A DNA stretch of 64,000 bases from Herbinix sp. GTDB lineage: Bacteria > Bacillota > Clostridia > Lachnospirales > Lachnospiraceae. The notes below the pieces were generated by a model. It was not told where the DNA came from and searched no databases. It saw only the letters and a program-made list of their open reading frames with translations. The DNA lies in the NCBI GenBank assembly GCA_029240245.1, contig JARBTJ010000001.1:63273-127272 (forward strand), given 5' to 3'. Of the stretch, positions 22,727-32,564 are shown piece by piece (within the stretch, counting starts at the first letter, position 1; every line of letters begins with the position of its first letter). The position numbers and the translations under genes are program-made.

Positions 22727-22812
22727 CAATATGTCGCTTCTCAATATGTCGCTTCTCAATATGTCGCAAGGTGATATATATTTGTTTATATCGTATCACG
22801 ACATATGTCGTC
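22727..22812. repeat. 15-bp tandem repeat (CAATATGTCGCTTCT, about 2.5 copies) merging into ATATGTCG/CGACATAT-type palindromes; putative PadR operator array
   Basis: Read directly; lies upstream of the padR operon. Confidence 0.6.
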
Positions 22813-23013
22813 TGTCAACATATTTTTTCCAAATTTAACTACATAACAACTTTGATATAATCCCATATTAAAAAGCCCTACCTTAAACGACTTTTATGAA
22901 CTCATTCCGCATATTAATTATCATGATTCGAAAACGAACAAACCTGTCTTGAAAAAGACAATTTTAACGCTTGCAACTGATGGTAGCCATGACTATTATG
23001 AAATTATATGCTC

Positions 23014-23163
23014 AGGCAATTGCGAAACTCATATTCTGTATTAATTGCGCACACAACATATACTACTCCGGAGCGGAAGTTAAGCTCGTAGGAAGCGTTG
23101 GAGCGGAGGAATAGTATGTGTTGTGTGTGCAATAGCAAAAATTATACCGTTTCGCAATGGCTT
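23014..23163. mobile_element. 150-bp palindromic MITE-like element, full copy
   Basis: TIR AGGCAATTGCGAAAC/GTTTCGCAATGGCTT; internal 21-bp stem; flanked by AAATTATATGCT (23001-23012, 23164-23175). Confidence 0.85.
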
Positions 23164-23195
23164 AAATTATATGCTTACAGAAAGGAGCGTAAAGG

Positions 23196-24611
23196 ATGCA
23201 TTTTGAGTTGAGGCCTATGATCGTTCTGATAAAACCGGGTACACGGGTAGACCGCTTTTTCGATATACAATTTGGTAGTACGTTATTTACTTACAGGAAG
23301 ATATTTTCCATGTTGCTTCCGCTTGTACTGGATCAGCTTTTTATAAATTTGATTATGATTTTGACCACTGCGATGATCAGTTCCTCCAGTGAAGAATCCG
23401 TTACAGCGGTGAGTCTGGTAAGTCCCTTATATATGATGATTTTTGCTATATTTAATGCTATATCGATTGGTGGGACGGTTATCGTTGCACAGTATATGGG
23501 CAGAGGGGACCAGGAAAAGGTACGCATCGCCTCCGGGCAGGTCATGCTGGCAACTGCCACTGTGGCCATCCTATCCTGTATGATACTTGTCCTGTTTGCA
23601 GGACGACTGGTTAATATAATGTTTGCTTCAGCCGATCCTGTCGTAATCGAAAAAGCTCACGGTTATCTGATCGGAGTTGCAATTTCCCAGATATTTCTTG
23701 CTGTTTATCTCGGTGCATTTGCAGTATTTCGTGGTATCGGAGAAGCAAAAATATGTTTAAAGCTTACCATTATCATCAACTTGATTCATTTATTTGCTAG
23801 TATGTTATTTATAAATGTAATGCATCTTGATATTTTTGGAACAACGCTTTCACTAAACATTGCACGAATCATAGGTGGCGGGGTAGCTGTCTGGCTGTTG
23901 ATGCGAAAAAAAAGTATGGTGCAAGTCCGCCTCCGGCATATATTTCGTATCGACCGGACGGTTTTAAAATCAGTTTTTAATCTTGGAGCTCCCTTTGCTT
24001 TGGAGCAGATGTTCTTTAATGGAGGTAGCATGCTGGTCCAAATCTATATAGTGCCGTTAGGGACCATCAGCGTAGCTGCCAATGCACTAACCAACTCCGC
24101 CTTCTCGATTTTGTATGCCGCAGGCCTAGCTGTGGGTACACTTGCTACTACTGTGGTCGGACAGTGTATCGGAGCCGGTAATAAGAAGCTTGCAAGACGG
24201 TACGGAATGAAAATGATTTACCTTTCCACCGTGATCACACTTCTTTCCATTGCAATATTACTTCCTTTTATGCCAATCATTTTAAAGCTTTATGATGCCA
24301 GAGAGGATACACTTTCCCTCCTATACAAGCTGCTGTTTACAGCGATTATTCCTATGCCGCTCTTCTGGTCCGTATCCAATGTGATGCCCTGCGTCCTGCG
24401 TTCTGCGGGTGATTCCACCTATACCTCCGTGGTTTCATTAATAACCATGTGGCTTATTCGTGTAGGCCTTGGCTATATCTTTACCATACCGCTTGGCTTT
24501 GGCGTACAGGGTGTATGGATATGTATGGGCATCGAGTGGGCAGTACGAACTGTAATATTCTACCTTCGTTACCGCTCCGAGGTATGGCTGACCAAGAAAA
24601 CGATTGAATAA
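23196..24611 (+). CDS. MATE-family efflux transporter
   Basis: About 12 TM segments, AQYMG / GQCIGAG, FRGIG / LRSAGD repeats, LGFGVQGVW. Confidence 0.92.
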   Translation: MHFELRPMIVLIKPGTRVDRFFDIQFGSTLFTYRKIFSMLLPLVLDQLFINLIMILTTAMISSSSEESVTAVSLVSPLYMMIFAIFNAISIGGTVIVAQYMGRGDQEKVRIASGQVMLATATVAILSCMILVLFAGRLVNIMFASADPVVIEKAHGYLIGVAISQIFLAVYLGAFAVFRGIGEAKICLKLTIIINLIHLFASMLFINVMHLDIFGTTLSLNIARIIGGGVAVWLLMRKKSMVQVRLRHIFRIDRTVLKSVFNLGAPFALEQMFFNGGSMLVQIYIVPLGTISVAANALTNSAFSILYAAGLAVGTLATTVVGQCIGAGNKKLARRYGMKMIYLSTVITLLSIAILLPFMPIILKLYDAREDTLSLLYKLLFTAIIPMPLFWSVSNVMPCVLRSAGDSTYTSVVSLITMWLIRVGLGYIFTIPLGFGVQGVWICMGIEWAVRTVIFYLRYRSEVWLTKKTIE

Positions 24612-24642
24612 AAAATTCATGGATTGTTCAATAATCATAAAA

Positions 24643-24684
24643 CCTCCGTGATTCCCAAATAAATTGATGGAGGAATCACGGAGG
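24643..24684. terminator. Hairpin terminator between convergent genes
   Basis: CCTCCGTGATTCC...GGAATCACGGAGG perfect 13-bp stem. Confidence 0.65.
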
Positions 24685-24735
24685 CATGTAAACTATAATT
24701 GCATAATATAGATAACTTTGCTATTTATGTTCGGA

Positions 24736-25743
24736 TCAATCATTATCGTCCATATCGTTATCAAGACACTTTTCAGGGTCTAATTTGATTAGTTCCCAAT
24801 TACCATCATCTTTTTTTCTGTACTGCGCAATTTCAATATCAGTATCATTGGTCAATTGGAAAAATTCAATCATATAGTCATATCCATCGGTTCCTTGAAA
24901 GAGTATTTTCTTAACATAACCCTCCTGCTGCATCGGATATTTTTCCTTTATGAGTGAGCACCAATTTCCATATCGGATGGCAACGTTCATTTGTGCATCA
25001 TAAGCCCACCCATGGTACGGTGCGCAAAGATAATTCTCCCCATGATACTCGATACTGTCTATTTCATACCTGTTTCCTTCCTTAACAAGATCAATAAATC
25101 CATAATAATAGGCAAAATAAGCCACATCCTTATCAGAGCCTTCAATTGTCTCTATTTCTATGAAATATCGTTTCGTATCGGATGCTTCGCCAAAGACAGG
25201 TACTTCTTTGTATTTCAGGAGATTGATATGCAGTATATTGAGAAAGGAATCCAGATATTGCTCATAGGTGGTTTTATTCCGATAACCAGAGGACAAGAAA
25301 TGATAAGCTGTCGGATACGGTGTTTTGCTCCTTCCAAGGGTACCGCAGCCCGCATTCTTTCCCTTCTGCCAATTGGCAGCTTCCCGCAGTACGCTAAAAT
25401 AATTGATAATCGTCTCTTGTGGTGTCTCCATAAAATACTCCGGTAGGACAATTTCAGATACCTTTTTGTCAAAATAATTTTCTGTAAATAATCGCGAAAA
25501 ATTTCGGTTGTTTAATACCGGTAAATCGGATGGTCTAAAATACTCCTCCACCTCTTCATTGACGGTAATGATATTATTTTCCTCAGACTCCTCCGTATGT
25601 TTGAAAAATCTTCCCCCCATAACCATTTTGGTATGATCCATTAAGCCTCTTATCGAATGCAATACTATGTAACCCGCAATCATAATAAATATTGCTGCTA
25701 TCATAAATAGGAGCCGTTTTCTATGACCGATGATTGATTTCAA
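24736..25743 (-). CDS. Membrane-anchored hypothetical protein
   Basis: 335-aa ORF with N-terminal TM helix; no recognised family. Confidence 0.7.
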   Translation of the reverse strand: MKSIIGHRKRLLFMIAAIFIMIAGYIVLHSIRGLMDHTKMVMGGRFFKHTEESEENNIITVNEEVEEYFRPSDLPVLNNRNFSRLFTENYFDKKVSEIVLPEYFMETPQETIINYFSVLREAANWQKGKNAGCGTLGRSKTPYPTAYHFLSSGYRNKTTYEQYLDSFLNILHINLLKYKEVPVFGEASDTKRYFIEIETIEGSDKDVAYFAYYYGFIDLVKEGNRYEIDSIEYHGENYLCAPYHGWAYDAQMNVAIRYGNWCSLIKEKYPMQQEGYVKKILFQGTDGYDYMIEFFQLTNDTDIEIAQYRKKDDGNWELIKLDPEKCLDNDMDDND

Positions 25744-25980
25744 TAAAATCCCGTCCTCAAAACCCTTTACTAATATATATCGGTATTCATAGAATTTCAG
25801 AATTCATATGTGGGGGAATTCTTCTATGTTAATATACTTATGCTTTCGATTTGATGTCACGCTGCTTGCAGACATTGTTCGCCAAAGCGCGTTTGTCTTC
25901 GCTCACTTGCTTACGCACAAATGGAAAGCTGCAACAGGTCAACAACCTTTGCAGCTCATTTGAAAATAGATTCATAATTA

Positions 25981-26832
25981 TTATATCATATCCCGTACCT
26001 TTGAAGCTGCCTCCTGATCAAAAACAGCAACCGCTCCGGATAACAGCTTAATTACTGTAGCGGGTAACTCTTCTTTCGGGCGGCTTAAGAAGATCTCGGA
26101 TATCATGTCTGCTTTGTCCTTACCACTAGCATATAGTATCACTTTCTTCGAATCAAATAAATGCCGGATTCCAAGTGTAATACCACTCTTTTCGGCTTGG
26201 CCGTCCCAATTTATTTTGACCAGCTTCGTATAACAATCAAAATCTTCTCCCGGAAGGTTCAAACCTATCTCACCCCGGTCCCCTACCTCCATAAGCAGAA
26301 AGTCTATTCCGCCCTTTTGTCTTATAACCTCGTCCGTCCTTTTGCACATTTCTTCGATATCATCCGTATGCTTCTTGAATGATATCACCTGTGATTTATG
26401 GATATTCAAAGGTTGATATAAATACTGTTCCAGAAATGCATTACATCCATTTGTTTCGCTACCTGCATCAATCCACTCATATAACGATATAAAATGCGCT
26501 TTATCAAAACTTACCTTTTGTGTATCAGCCATCTCTTTTAATATCTCATAGGTTCTGACCGCTCTCATATCTGCCGTTACACAAATCAATGCCTCCGGCT
26601 TATCATTTACGACATCAACAAGTTGATTTGCTATCCATCGTGACATTTCTTCATAATCATCACACACGACTGTTTTTGGTAATCTAAGCGGAAATTTGGC
26701 ACCTAATTTTTCTGCTATCTCCTCCATGCAATTTACCATTTCACAGTCTTTACGGCTTTTCTCGATACAAGCCATGCAATTGCCGTGAATTTTACATATG
26801 ACATAAGGGCATCTGCAATTTCTATTTACCAT
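25981..26832 (-). CDS. N-terminal Cys-rich (CxC-x4-C-x2-HG-x-CxxC) domain fused to a degenerate glucosamine-6-phosphate deaminase (NagB)-like domain
   Basis: YEEMSR, GGIDF, GITLGIRHL, ASGKDKA, LPAT match the NagB fold; catalytic motifs altered (LYEW, GDRGEIGLN). Confidence 0.7.
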   Translation of the reverse strand: MVNRNCRCPYVICKIHGNCMACIEKSRKDCEMVNCMEEIAEKLGAKFPLRLPKTVVCDDYEEMSRWIANQLVDVVNDKPEALICVTADMRAVRTYEILKEMADTQKVSFDKAHFISLYEWIDAGSETNGCNAFLEQYLYQPLNIHKSQVISFKKHTDDIEEMCKRTDEVIRQKGGIDFLLMEVGDRGEIGLNLPGEDFDCYTKLVKINWDGQAEKSGITLGIRHLFDSKKVILYASGKDKADMISEIFLSRPKEELPATVIKLLSGAVAVFDQEAASKVRDMI

Positions 26833-26853
26833 GCAATTACTCCTTTCGTACCT

Positions 26854-27531
26854 TTATTTATCTAATTGTTTTAGCACTCTTCCGACAGGATTGAATCGTT
26901 CATAAAATTGTTCGTAGAAATCATGAGCGGCATTATATTTTGTTACATAAAAACTGTTTAGCAGGTACATATTCAATTGCTTGACCAAACTCTCATCCTG
27001 CATGTTACTCCTAACAATGTTTTCCGCATCTTTTAATAAATAATGCCAGTCGATTAAATATTGTGTGTTCTTCTCCAGATCAGGTGTATCGATCCAATTA
27101 CTTATTATCATTTTTGTTTTCGAAGCATTTTGACATTCATTCAACTGTAAAATATATTTAAAATTGTGGTTCTCATAATACCTACCCAGAGGGAAAATCC
27201 TGCAGATTCCGGGCCGGGACGCATGGATGCTGCATTTACCCGTCTGATTTAGAAATGCACATTGTTCGGTTTGGTCATTCATCTTTAGATTGGGTAGTAT
27301 GATGCCATCCACCATGTTTAGTTCAATTTTATCAACCAGCAATTCCACAAAGGTATTGCCAAGATTCGTTGAAAATCGGTAAATATCAAAGGGGTCTAAT
27401 ATAATAGAATTACCCATACCATGGCAGCAACCGGCAGCACCCTTGCAGCCATTACAGCTTACTTCCACCAGGTCATCACTATCATATAATGTTCCGTCGG
27501 ATATGTCCTCCAGACTACAGTTTCGTTTCAT
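26854..27531 (-). CDS. YkgJ-family zinc/iron-chelating Cys-cluster protein
   Basis: CNGC...CC, CAFL...CSIH..RPGICRIFP. Confidence 0.88.
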   Translation of the reverse strand: MKRNCSLEDISDGTLYDSDDLVEVSCNGCKGAAGCCHGMGNSIILDPFDIYRFSTNLGNTFVELLVDKIELNMVDGIILPNLKMNDQTEQCAFLNQTGKCSIHASRPGICRIFPLGRYYENHNFKYILQLNECQNASKTKMIISNWIDTPDLEKNTQYLIDWHYLLKDAENIVRSNMQDESLVKQLNMYLLNSFYVTKYNAAHDFYEQFYERFNPVGRVLKQLDK

Positions 27532-27732
27532 TATGTTTCCTCACTTGTTATGTATGTGGTTGTTGTATCGATATTCTTATTCTTGTTTATTATAGCATAA
27601 CAAAAGATAACTTCAATGGAATTAAAAGTATGGGTATAAATTCATTGAAATAAGACGCAAAAAATGTTATGCTACCTACGGTAAACAAAAGAAATATAAA
27701 TCAATTGTAAAATGACAATTGAGGATATAATA

Positions 27733-27762
27733 TAAGAAAGAGCTTTTTATAAGCTCTTTTTT
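27733..27762 (+). terminator. Leader intrinsic terminator (attenuator) upstream of the ABC-F gene
   Basis: AAAGAGCTT-loop-AAGCTCTTT followed by T-run, between the promoter region and the RBS. Confidence 0.65.
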
Positions 27763-27763
27763 C

Positions 27764-29524
27764 GTGATAAAGAGAGGTAATAATATGATAAAAGTGGATA
27801 ACTTATCCTACTCATTTCCGCAAAAAAACCTATATAATAAAATATCTTTCACATTAGAAGATGGTCAACACTGTGCTTTTATCGGAGCAAGCGGAAGCGG
27901 AAAAAGTACATTGATTGATATGATTATGGATCCGGAAAGATATATGTACGATGGAACGTTAGAGATAACCCCGGGTTGTAGAATTGGATATGTAAGTCAG
28001 TTCTCCCGGCTGGACAAAACAAAGGAAATTACAGTTTTCGAATATATCGGGGAGGAATTTATTAAGCTGCAAAACGAGATAACCTCCATTTGTACCGAGA
28101 TGGAAACAGCTTCTGATCTTGATTCCTTGCTGGAAAAGTACCAACGAGCTCTGGATGCATTTCATGCGATTGGCGGGGAGGATTTTGAAAGTAACATTAA
28201 TAAGAAGCTTAGTCTGGCAAACCTCAGTAAGCATGAGGATTTATTGGTATCCAATCTTAGTGGTGGTGAATTCAAGCTTATTCAAGTTATTAGAGAAATG
28301 TTAACTGGTCCGGACTTATTGGTAATGGATGAACCTGATGTGTTCTTAGATTTTGAAAACCTGAATTCATTAAAAAATCTAATTAATTCACACAAGGGAA
28401 TATTGTTAGTTATAACCCACAACAGATATCTACTCAATCATTGCTTTAATAAAATTTTGCACCTTGAAAACACGGAGCTCCAAGAGTTTAATGGAAGCTA
28501 TGTTGATTATAACTTCTCGTTACTTCAAAGAAAAATTGAGTTACAAGAGCTTGCTGCAGCGGACACTGAGGAAATTGAGCGAAATGAGCACTTGATTGAT
28601 AAACTAAGATTTGTCGCATCTTATCATACAGAGGCTTCAAGAGGAAAATCTCTTCATGCCAGAGTTAAAATCGTAGAAAGATTAGAGGCACGTAGAATCA
28701 AAGCACCCTTCGTAGATATTAAGCAACCGGAAATAAGTTTATTGGTAGATCATGAAATTGAAGAAACCACTGTTCTTAACGTCAATAACTACGGTGCTGC
28801 CTTTGATGATGTTCTTTTAGAAGATGTTAACTTTGAATTAAAATCAACGGATAAAGTAGCTCTGATCGGACCAAATGGCACCGGGAAAACGACTTTACTC
28901 CGAGACATCTTTAAAAATAATCATCCTACCATTGAGATTAATAATAACGTACGCATGGCTTTTTTATCTCAGCTTCAAGGTGAAATGTTAAATGAGTCGA
29001 ATACCATACTAGAAGAGTTCTTCGATGCAGGGTTTCAATCCTATCAACAGATAATATCACATCTTTTAAACTATGGTTTCGAGGAAGAAGCTTTGAATCA
29101 AAAGATAGGATCATTATCCGGCGGAGAAAAAAATATTCTTCAATTGGCTAAAATATCTGCCAGTAAAGCAAACCTGTTGCTTCTTGATGAACCTACAAGT
29201 CATCTAGATACCTATTCTCAAATCGCACTGGAAAATGCAATAGCAAATTATAAAGGTGCGATTCTAATGATTTCACATGATTTCTATTCTATCGTTAATT
29301 GTATGGATTATGTTTTGATCATTGAGGATAAGACAATCAGAAAAATGAGTATACGAAAATTCAGAAAGATGATTTATACAAAGCATTTTGACAGAGATTA
29401 TTTAGAAATAGAACAGAAGAAAAAAGCAGTAGAAACAAAAATAGAATTAGCTTTAAAGGATACTGATTTTGCTCTTGCAAAAGATTTATCTGAGGAGTTA
29501 GAAGCACTGATTAAATTACTTTAA
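27764..29524 (+). CDS. ABC-F family ATP-binding protein (likely start ATG 27785)
   Basis: Two NBDs (GASGSGKS / GPNGTGKT; LSGGE twice; DEP), no TM segments. Confidence 0.92.
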   Translation: MIKRGNNMIKVDNLSYSFPQKNLYNKISFTLEDGQHCAFIGASGSGKSTLIDMIMDPERYMYDGTLEITPGCRIGYVSQFSRLDKTKEITVFEYIGEEFIKLQNEITSICTEMETASDLDSLLEKYQRALDAFHAIGGEDFESNINKKLSLANLSKHEDLLVSNLSGGEFKLIQVIREMLTGPDLLVMDEPDVFLDFENLNSLKNLINSHKGILLVITHNRYLLNHCFNKILHLENTELQEFNGSYVDYNFSLLQRKIELQELAAADTEEIERNEHLIDKLRFVASYHTEASRGKSLHARVKIVERLEARRIKAPFVDIKQPEISLLVDHEIEETTVLNVNNYGAAFDDVLLEDVNFELKSTDKVALIGPNGTGKTTLLRDIFKNNHPTIEINNNVRMAFLSQLQGEMLNESNTILEEFFDAGFQSYQQIISHLLNYGFEEEALNQKIGSLSGGEKNILQLAKISASKANLLLLDEPTSHLDTYSQIALENAIANYKGAILMISHDFYSIVNCMDYVLIIEDKTIRKMSIRKFRKMIYTKHFDRDYLEIEQKKKAVETKIELALKDTDFALAKDLSEELEALIKLL

Positions 29525-29640
29525 TTCGTGTGTTCTTAGCCACGGTAAAATAAGTAGATAAGGGTTAAATGGAGGTACCGTTTGTATTATGTACCATCCT
29601 GACAGATTGAATCATTAAAGTTATAACAGCATATTTCAAC

Positions 29641-30109
29641 CTACTCCCTCACGAGCATGGTCTCATTCTTATTCACGACATAATGATATTTCCCTTCCGA
29701 TCATCAACTCGGTCTTTGATAGTAACGGTATGAAGGCTCAAAGTATTCTCGAAAATAGAATAAGCATCCATGCGACTGGTACCGTAAGTCTTGGTAACTG
29801 CCACTGAATGCTTATCTATTGATTTGATCTCTATATACCTTTCCATTGTATATTTGCTTAAATGAAGTTGGATTACAGAATTGTAATACTAACTTCACAT
29901 TGCCCTTGCTCTACGTGGTGTATTAAGTAATTCATAAATGAACTTCTCGTAGTCCTCAACCTCAATCCATATGGTTCCGATTCGCACATCAATCTCCGAA
30001 GCGTCCAGATTCGTAGGTTGAACCTGCTCCAGTGCCTTTGCATTAACTCCAAACAATCCGGATTCGTTTCGGAATAATCTTTGGCAACCCGTAACTTATC
30101 CCTCACATT
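29641..30109 (-). pseudogene. Fragment of the large ICE-type SNF2 helicase/DNA methylase gene
   Basis: Manual translation: NVRDKLRVAK / LFGVNAKALEQVQPTNLDASEIDVRIGTIWIE / KTYGTSRMDAYSIFENTL / YVVNKNETML, with a frameshift and stops. Confidence 0.8.
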
Positions 30110-30315
30110 AACAATCTTATTATGCTATTAACTCAACACTTAATACGAATTTAGCGACACCGATGCCAGATTGCGGATGCCTTAATGCTTGGTGGTAAGT
30201 TTATAAAATAAAAGTACATTTCAAAATCATACGAAATAATTAAAAAAATTTCTATACATGCAATAAATTTACTCTATTTCTTACTCTAATAGATATAAAA
30301 ACAGAAAGGATACTG

Positions 30316-30786
30316 TTGATGAAGTTACAGGAAGAAAAGTTTATAATTGAATTTGATAATATCAAACAACAGTTATATCGTTTTGCATACCTTTATCTAA
30401 AGAGTGATGCCTCTGCTTTGGAAGCAGTAGATGAAACTGTATATTTGGCATACATAAATATCAAAAAACTAAGAAAGTCTGAATATTTTAAGACATGGAT
30501 AACGAGAATTTTGATTAATGTCTGTAAGAAAGAATTAAGCCGTACTAAAAGAATGATTCCGATAGATAATTTACCAGAACAGTCTCACGTAGAATTTGAT
30601 TCGTTACCGCTTAAGGATGCAATAGATAATCTACCGGTAGAGTTGAAAATTATAATTTATCTCAGATATTTTAATTATTATACATTGGTTGAAACTGCTG
30701 AGATTTTAAAACTTCCACAGGGTACTGTAGCTACAAGGCAACGTAAAGCTTTATCCTTGTTAAAATTAGAATTGGAGGTAGATTAA
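30316..30786 (+). CDS. ECF RNA polymerase sigma factor (SigV-like)
   Basis: LYRFAYLY..AVDET, FKTWITRILIN, region 4 ETAEILKLPQGTVATR. Confidence 0.9.
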   Translation: MMKLQEEKFIIEFDNIKQQLYRFAYLYLKSDASALEAVDETVYLAYINIKKLRKSEYFKTWITRILINVCKKELSRTKRMIPIDNLPEQSHVEFDSLPLKDAIDNLPVELKIIIYLRYFNYYTLVETAEILKLPQGTVATRQRKALSLLKLELEVD

Positions 30787-32172
30787 ATGAATCGTAATGA
30801 TGAATTTATCAAACTAAAACAGGAATTGGAACAAGCACCGCTTGATCTTGAGTACAGCGCTACGAAAGCAATTACGAAAGCTAAGAGAAAAAAGAGAGCA
30901 TCCATCTTATGGAAGACGCCTTTGGTTTCATTTTGTTCCATGACAATAATTTTTGCATTATTAGTAAATCTATTTCCTGCTGTGGCTCTTGCTATGAGCA
31001 ATGTACCAATACTAAAGAACTTAGTTAGTGCCGTTGCCTTTGATCCTAGTCTTAAACTTGCAGTCGAAAATGACTATTATCAAATGATCGGAGAAAGCCA
31101 GACAAAAGAGGATGTTACAGTTAATGTCGAATACTTAATATTTGATGCTGGGCATATATCACTTTTTTTTCGTGTTGACGCGCCTGTAAAATCCGGATTA
31201 TGGAGATATGATTTCACTGACTCAGGGAAAATACCTTTTACAGCAGCTGTTTTTACAAACAATTTATATAATGTCGGGGAGCTAGAGGAAGTACAGATGG
31301 ATTTTGTAGAAACCGAGAAAATCCCTGAAAAAATCGTATTTACAGTAACAATTAATAAAGATGATCAATTTCAAACTCAAAAAGATACCATAGCCGAAGA
31401 CAAAACTGCTGATGGAACCAATATAATTACTCCTTCGACTGGTTTTTTTAAATCTGGTACAGATTATACCTTCCGGTTTGTAATATACCCGGATCAAAAA
31501 TTTACTAAAATAATAAAATCGATTCCGATTAGCCAATGGATTGAAATCAAAGATCAGAAAATTTATCTTGTGCGCCTTGATATTTTCCCTACTCATACAA
31601 GGTTATATCTTGAGTATGATGATACGAATAGTGCTATCATCAATGGTATAGATATATACTTTAAAGATAAGCAAGGAAATGTCTATGTTCCGAAAAAAAA
31701 TGGGGTCACCGCTATCGGATATGAAAATTCCAATGATATAAGATCCCTGAATTTCGAGAGCAGTTTCTTCAAGGATTTCGACCAATTAACTATGTTTATT
31801 AATGGTATCTCATTAACAGAGAAAGATAAATTATACGGTGAAATTGACTTTGAACATAAAACTATTGAAAATATACCCCCTGGTGTTTTTATAGATAAAA
31901 TGGAATTAAATGATTCTACTTTGAGTCTTACTATAGGTGCCCCTACTGATAAACCGGATAAATACAGTGAACTAATATCTTCTCTATATTACGATATTAA
32001 TGGAATTTCTTATAATATTAGTTCAAGTATCACAAGCTTTAGAGAGGGTAATGAATCAATCTTTTATTCAGAATATAAGATTAATAATTATCAAGATAAA
32101 AAATTCAAAATTCAGTGGATCTATTCTTTGGAACAAACTTTAGAAGAACCAATCATAATAAATATAAAGTAA
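30787..32172 (+). CDS. Anti-sigma factor, DUF4179-like
   Basis: TM helix then VNLFPAVALAMSNVPIL...FDPSLKLAVENDYYQ; coupled to the sigma gene. Confidence 0.8.
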   Translation: MNRNDEFIKLKQELEQAPLDLEYSATKAITKAKRKKRASILWKTPLVSFCSMTIIFALLVNLFPAVALAMSNVPILKNLVSAVAFDPSLKLAVENDYYQMIGESQTKEDVTVNVEYLIFDAGHISLFFRVDAPVKSGLWRYDFTDSGKIPFTAAVFTNNLYNVGELEEVQMDFVETEKIPEKIVFTVTINKDDQFQTQKDTIAEDKTADGTNIITPSTGFFKSGTDYTFRFVIYPDQKFTKIIKSIPISQWIEIKDQKIYLVRLDIFPTHTRLYLEYDDTNSAIINGIDIYFKDKQGNVYVPKKNGVTAIGYENSNDIRSLNFESSFFKDFDQLTMFINGISLTEKDKLYGEIDFEHKTIENIPPGVFIDKMELNDSTLSLTIGAPTDKPDKYSELISSLYYDINGISYNISSSITSFREGNESIFYSEYKINNYQDKKFKIQWIYSLEQTLEEPIIINIK

Positions 32173-32194
32173 CTCAACTTTTCCGGCTTAAATT

Positions 32195-32315
32195 CATGTA
32201 TACAGAAAACCTCCCTAGTAATCCGAAATTGCTTTCGAATTAACCTGGGAGGTTTTAAGCATTCTTGAATTGTAATAAACCAGTATTGAAAATGTTTGAT
32301 TATCTCTCAGGAGAT
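32195..32315. repeat. Degenerate terminator-type att half-site with partial core (probable outer boundary of the rpsI array)
   Basis: ATGTATACAGAAAACCTCCC...GGGAGGTT...TTGAATTGTAATA...TTATCTCT; spacing to the core within 1 bp of the 38025-38116 copy. Confidence 0.55.
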
Positions 32316-32407
32316 TTCAAACATCCTATAACTACTGCTTAAATTTCAATTTTATGAGGCAGGTAATCCAGTGTGTTTATTCGTTTAATTCCGTCATAAT
32401 CAGCAAT

Positions 32408-32446
32408 GATGTGCAGGACTTGGTAAAGGCAATTAACCTAAATTAA
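32408..32446 (+). pseudogene. 3' tip of a tyrosine integrase gene (DVQDLVKAINLN*)
   Basis: Matches the end of the 50979-52034 integrase (DVQELVKAINKI*); similarity continues about 60 bp into the downstream non-coding DNA. Confidence 0.7.
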
Positions 32447-32564
32447 TCCCACAATACAAGTTTCATTCAAAATGGAACTTGAAAAACGTAAAGAGAGCAA
32501 AATGAAGAATTTAAATTTTCCTAGAATTTGAGTGCCAATTATATGCCTGTTAATCATCGTTAAA

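Noticed and set aside
29873-30106. 77-aa ORF as a real small protein
   Set aside because: It starts in the helicase remnant frame and then runs out of frame after a frameshift
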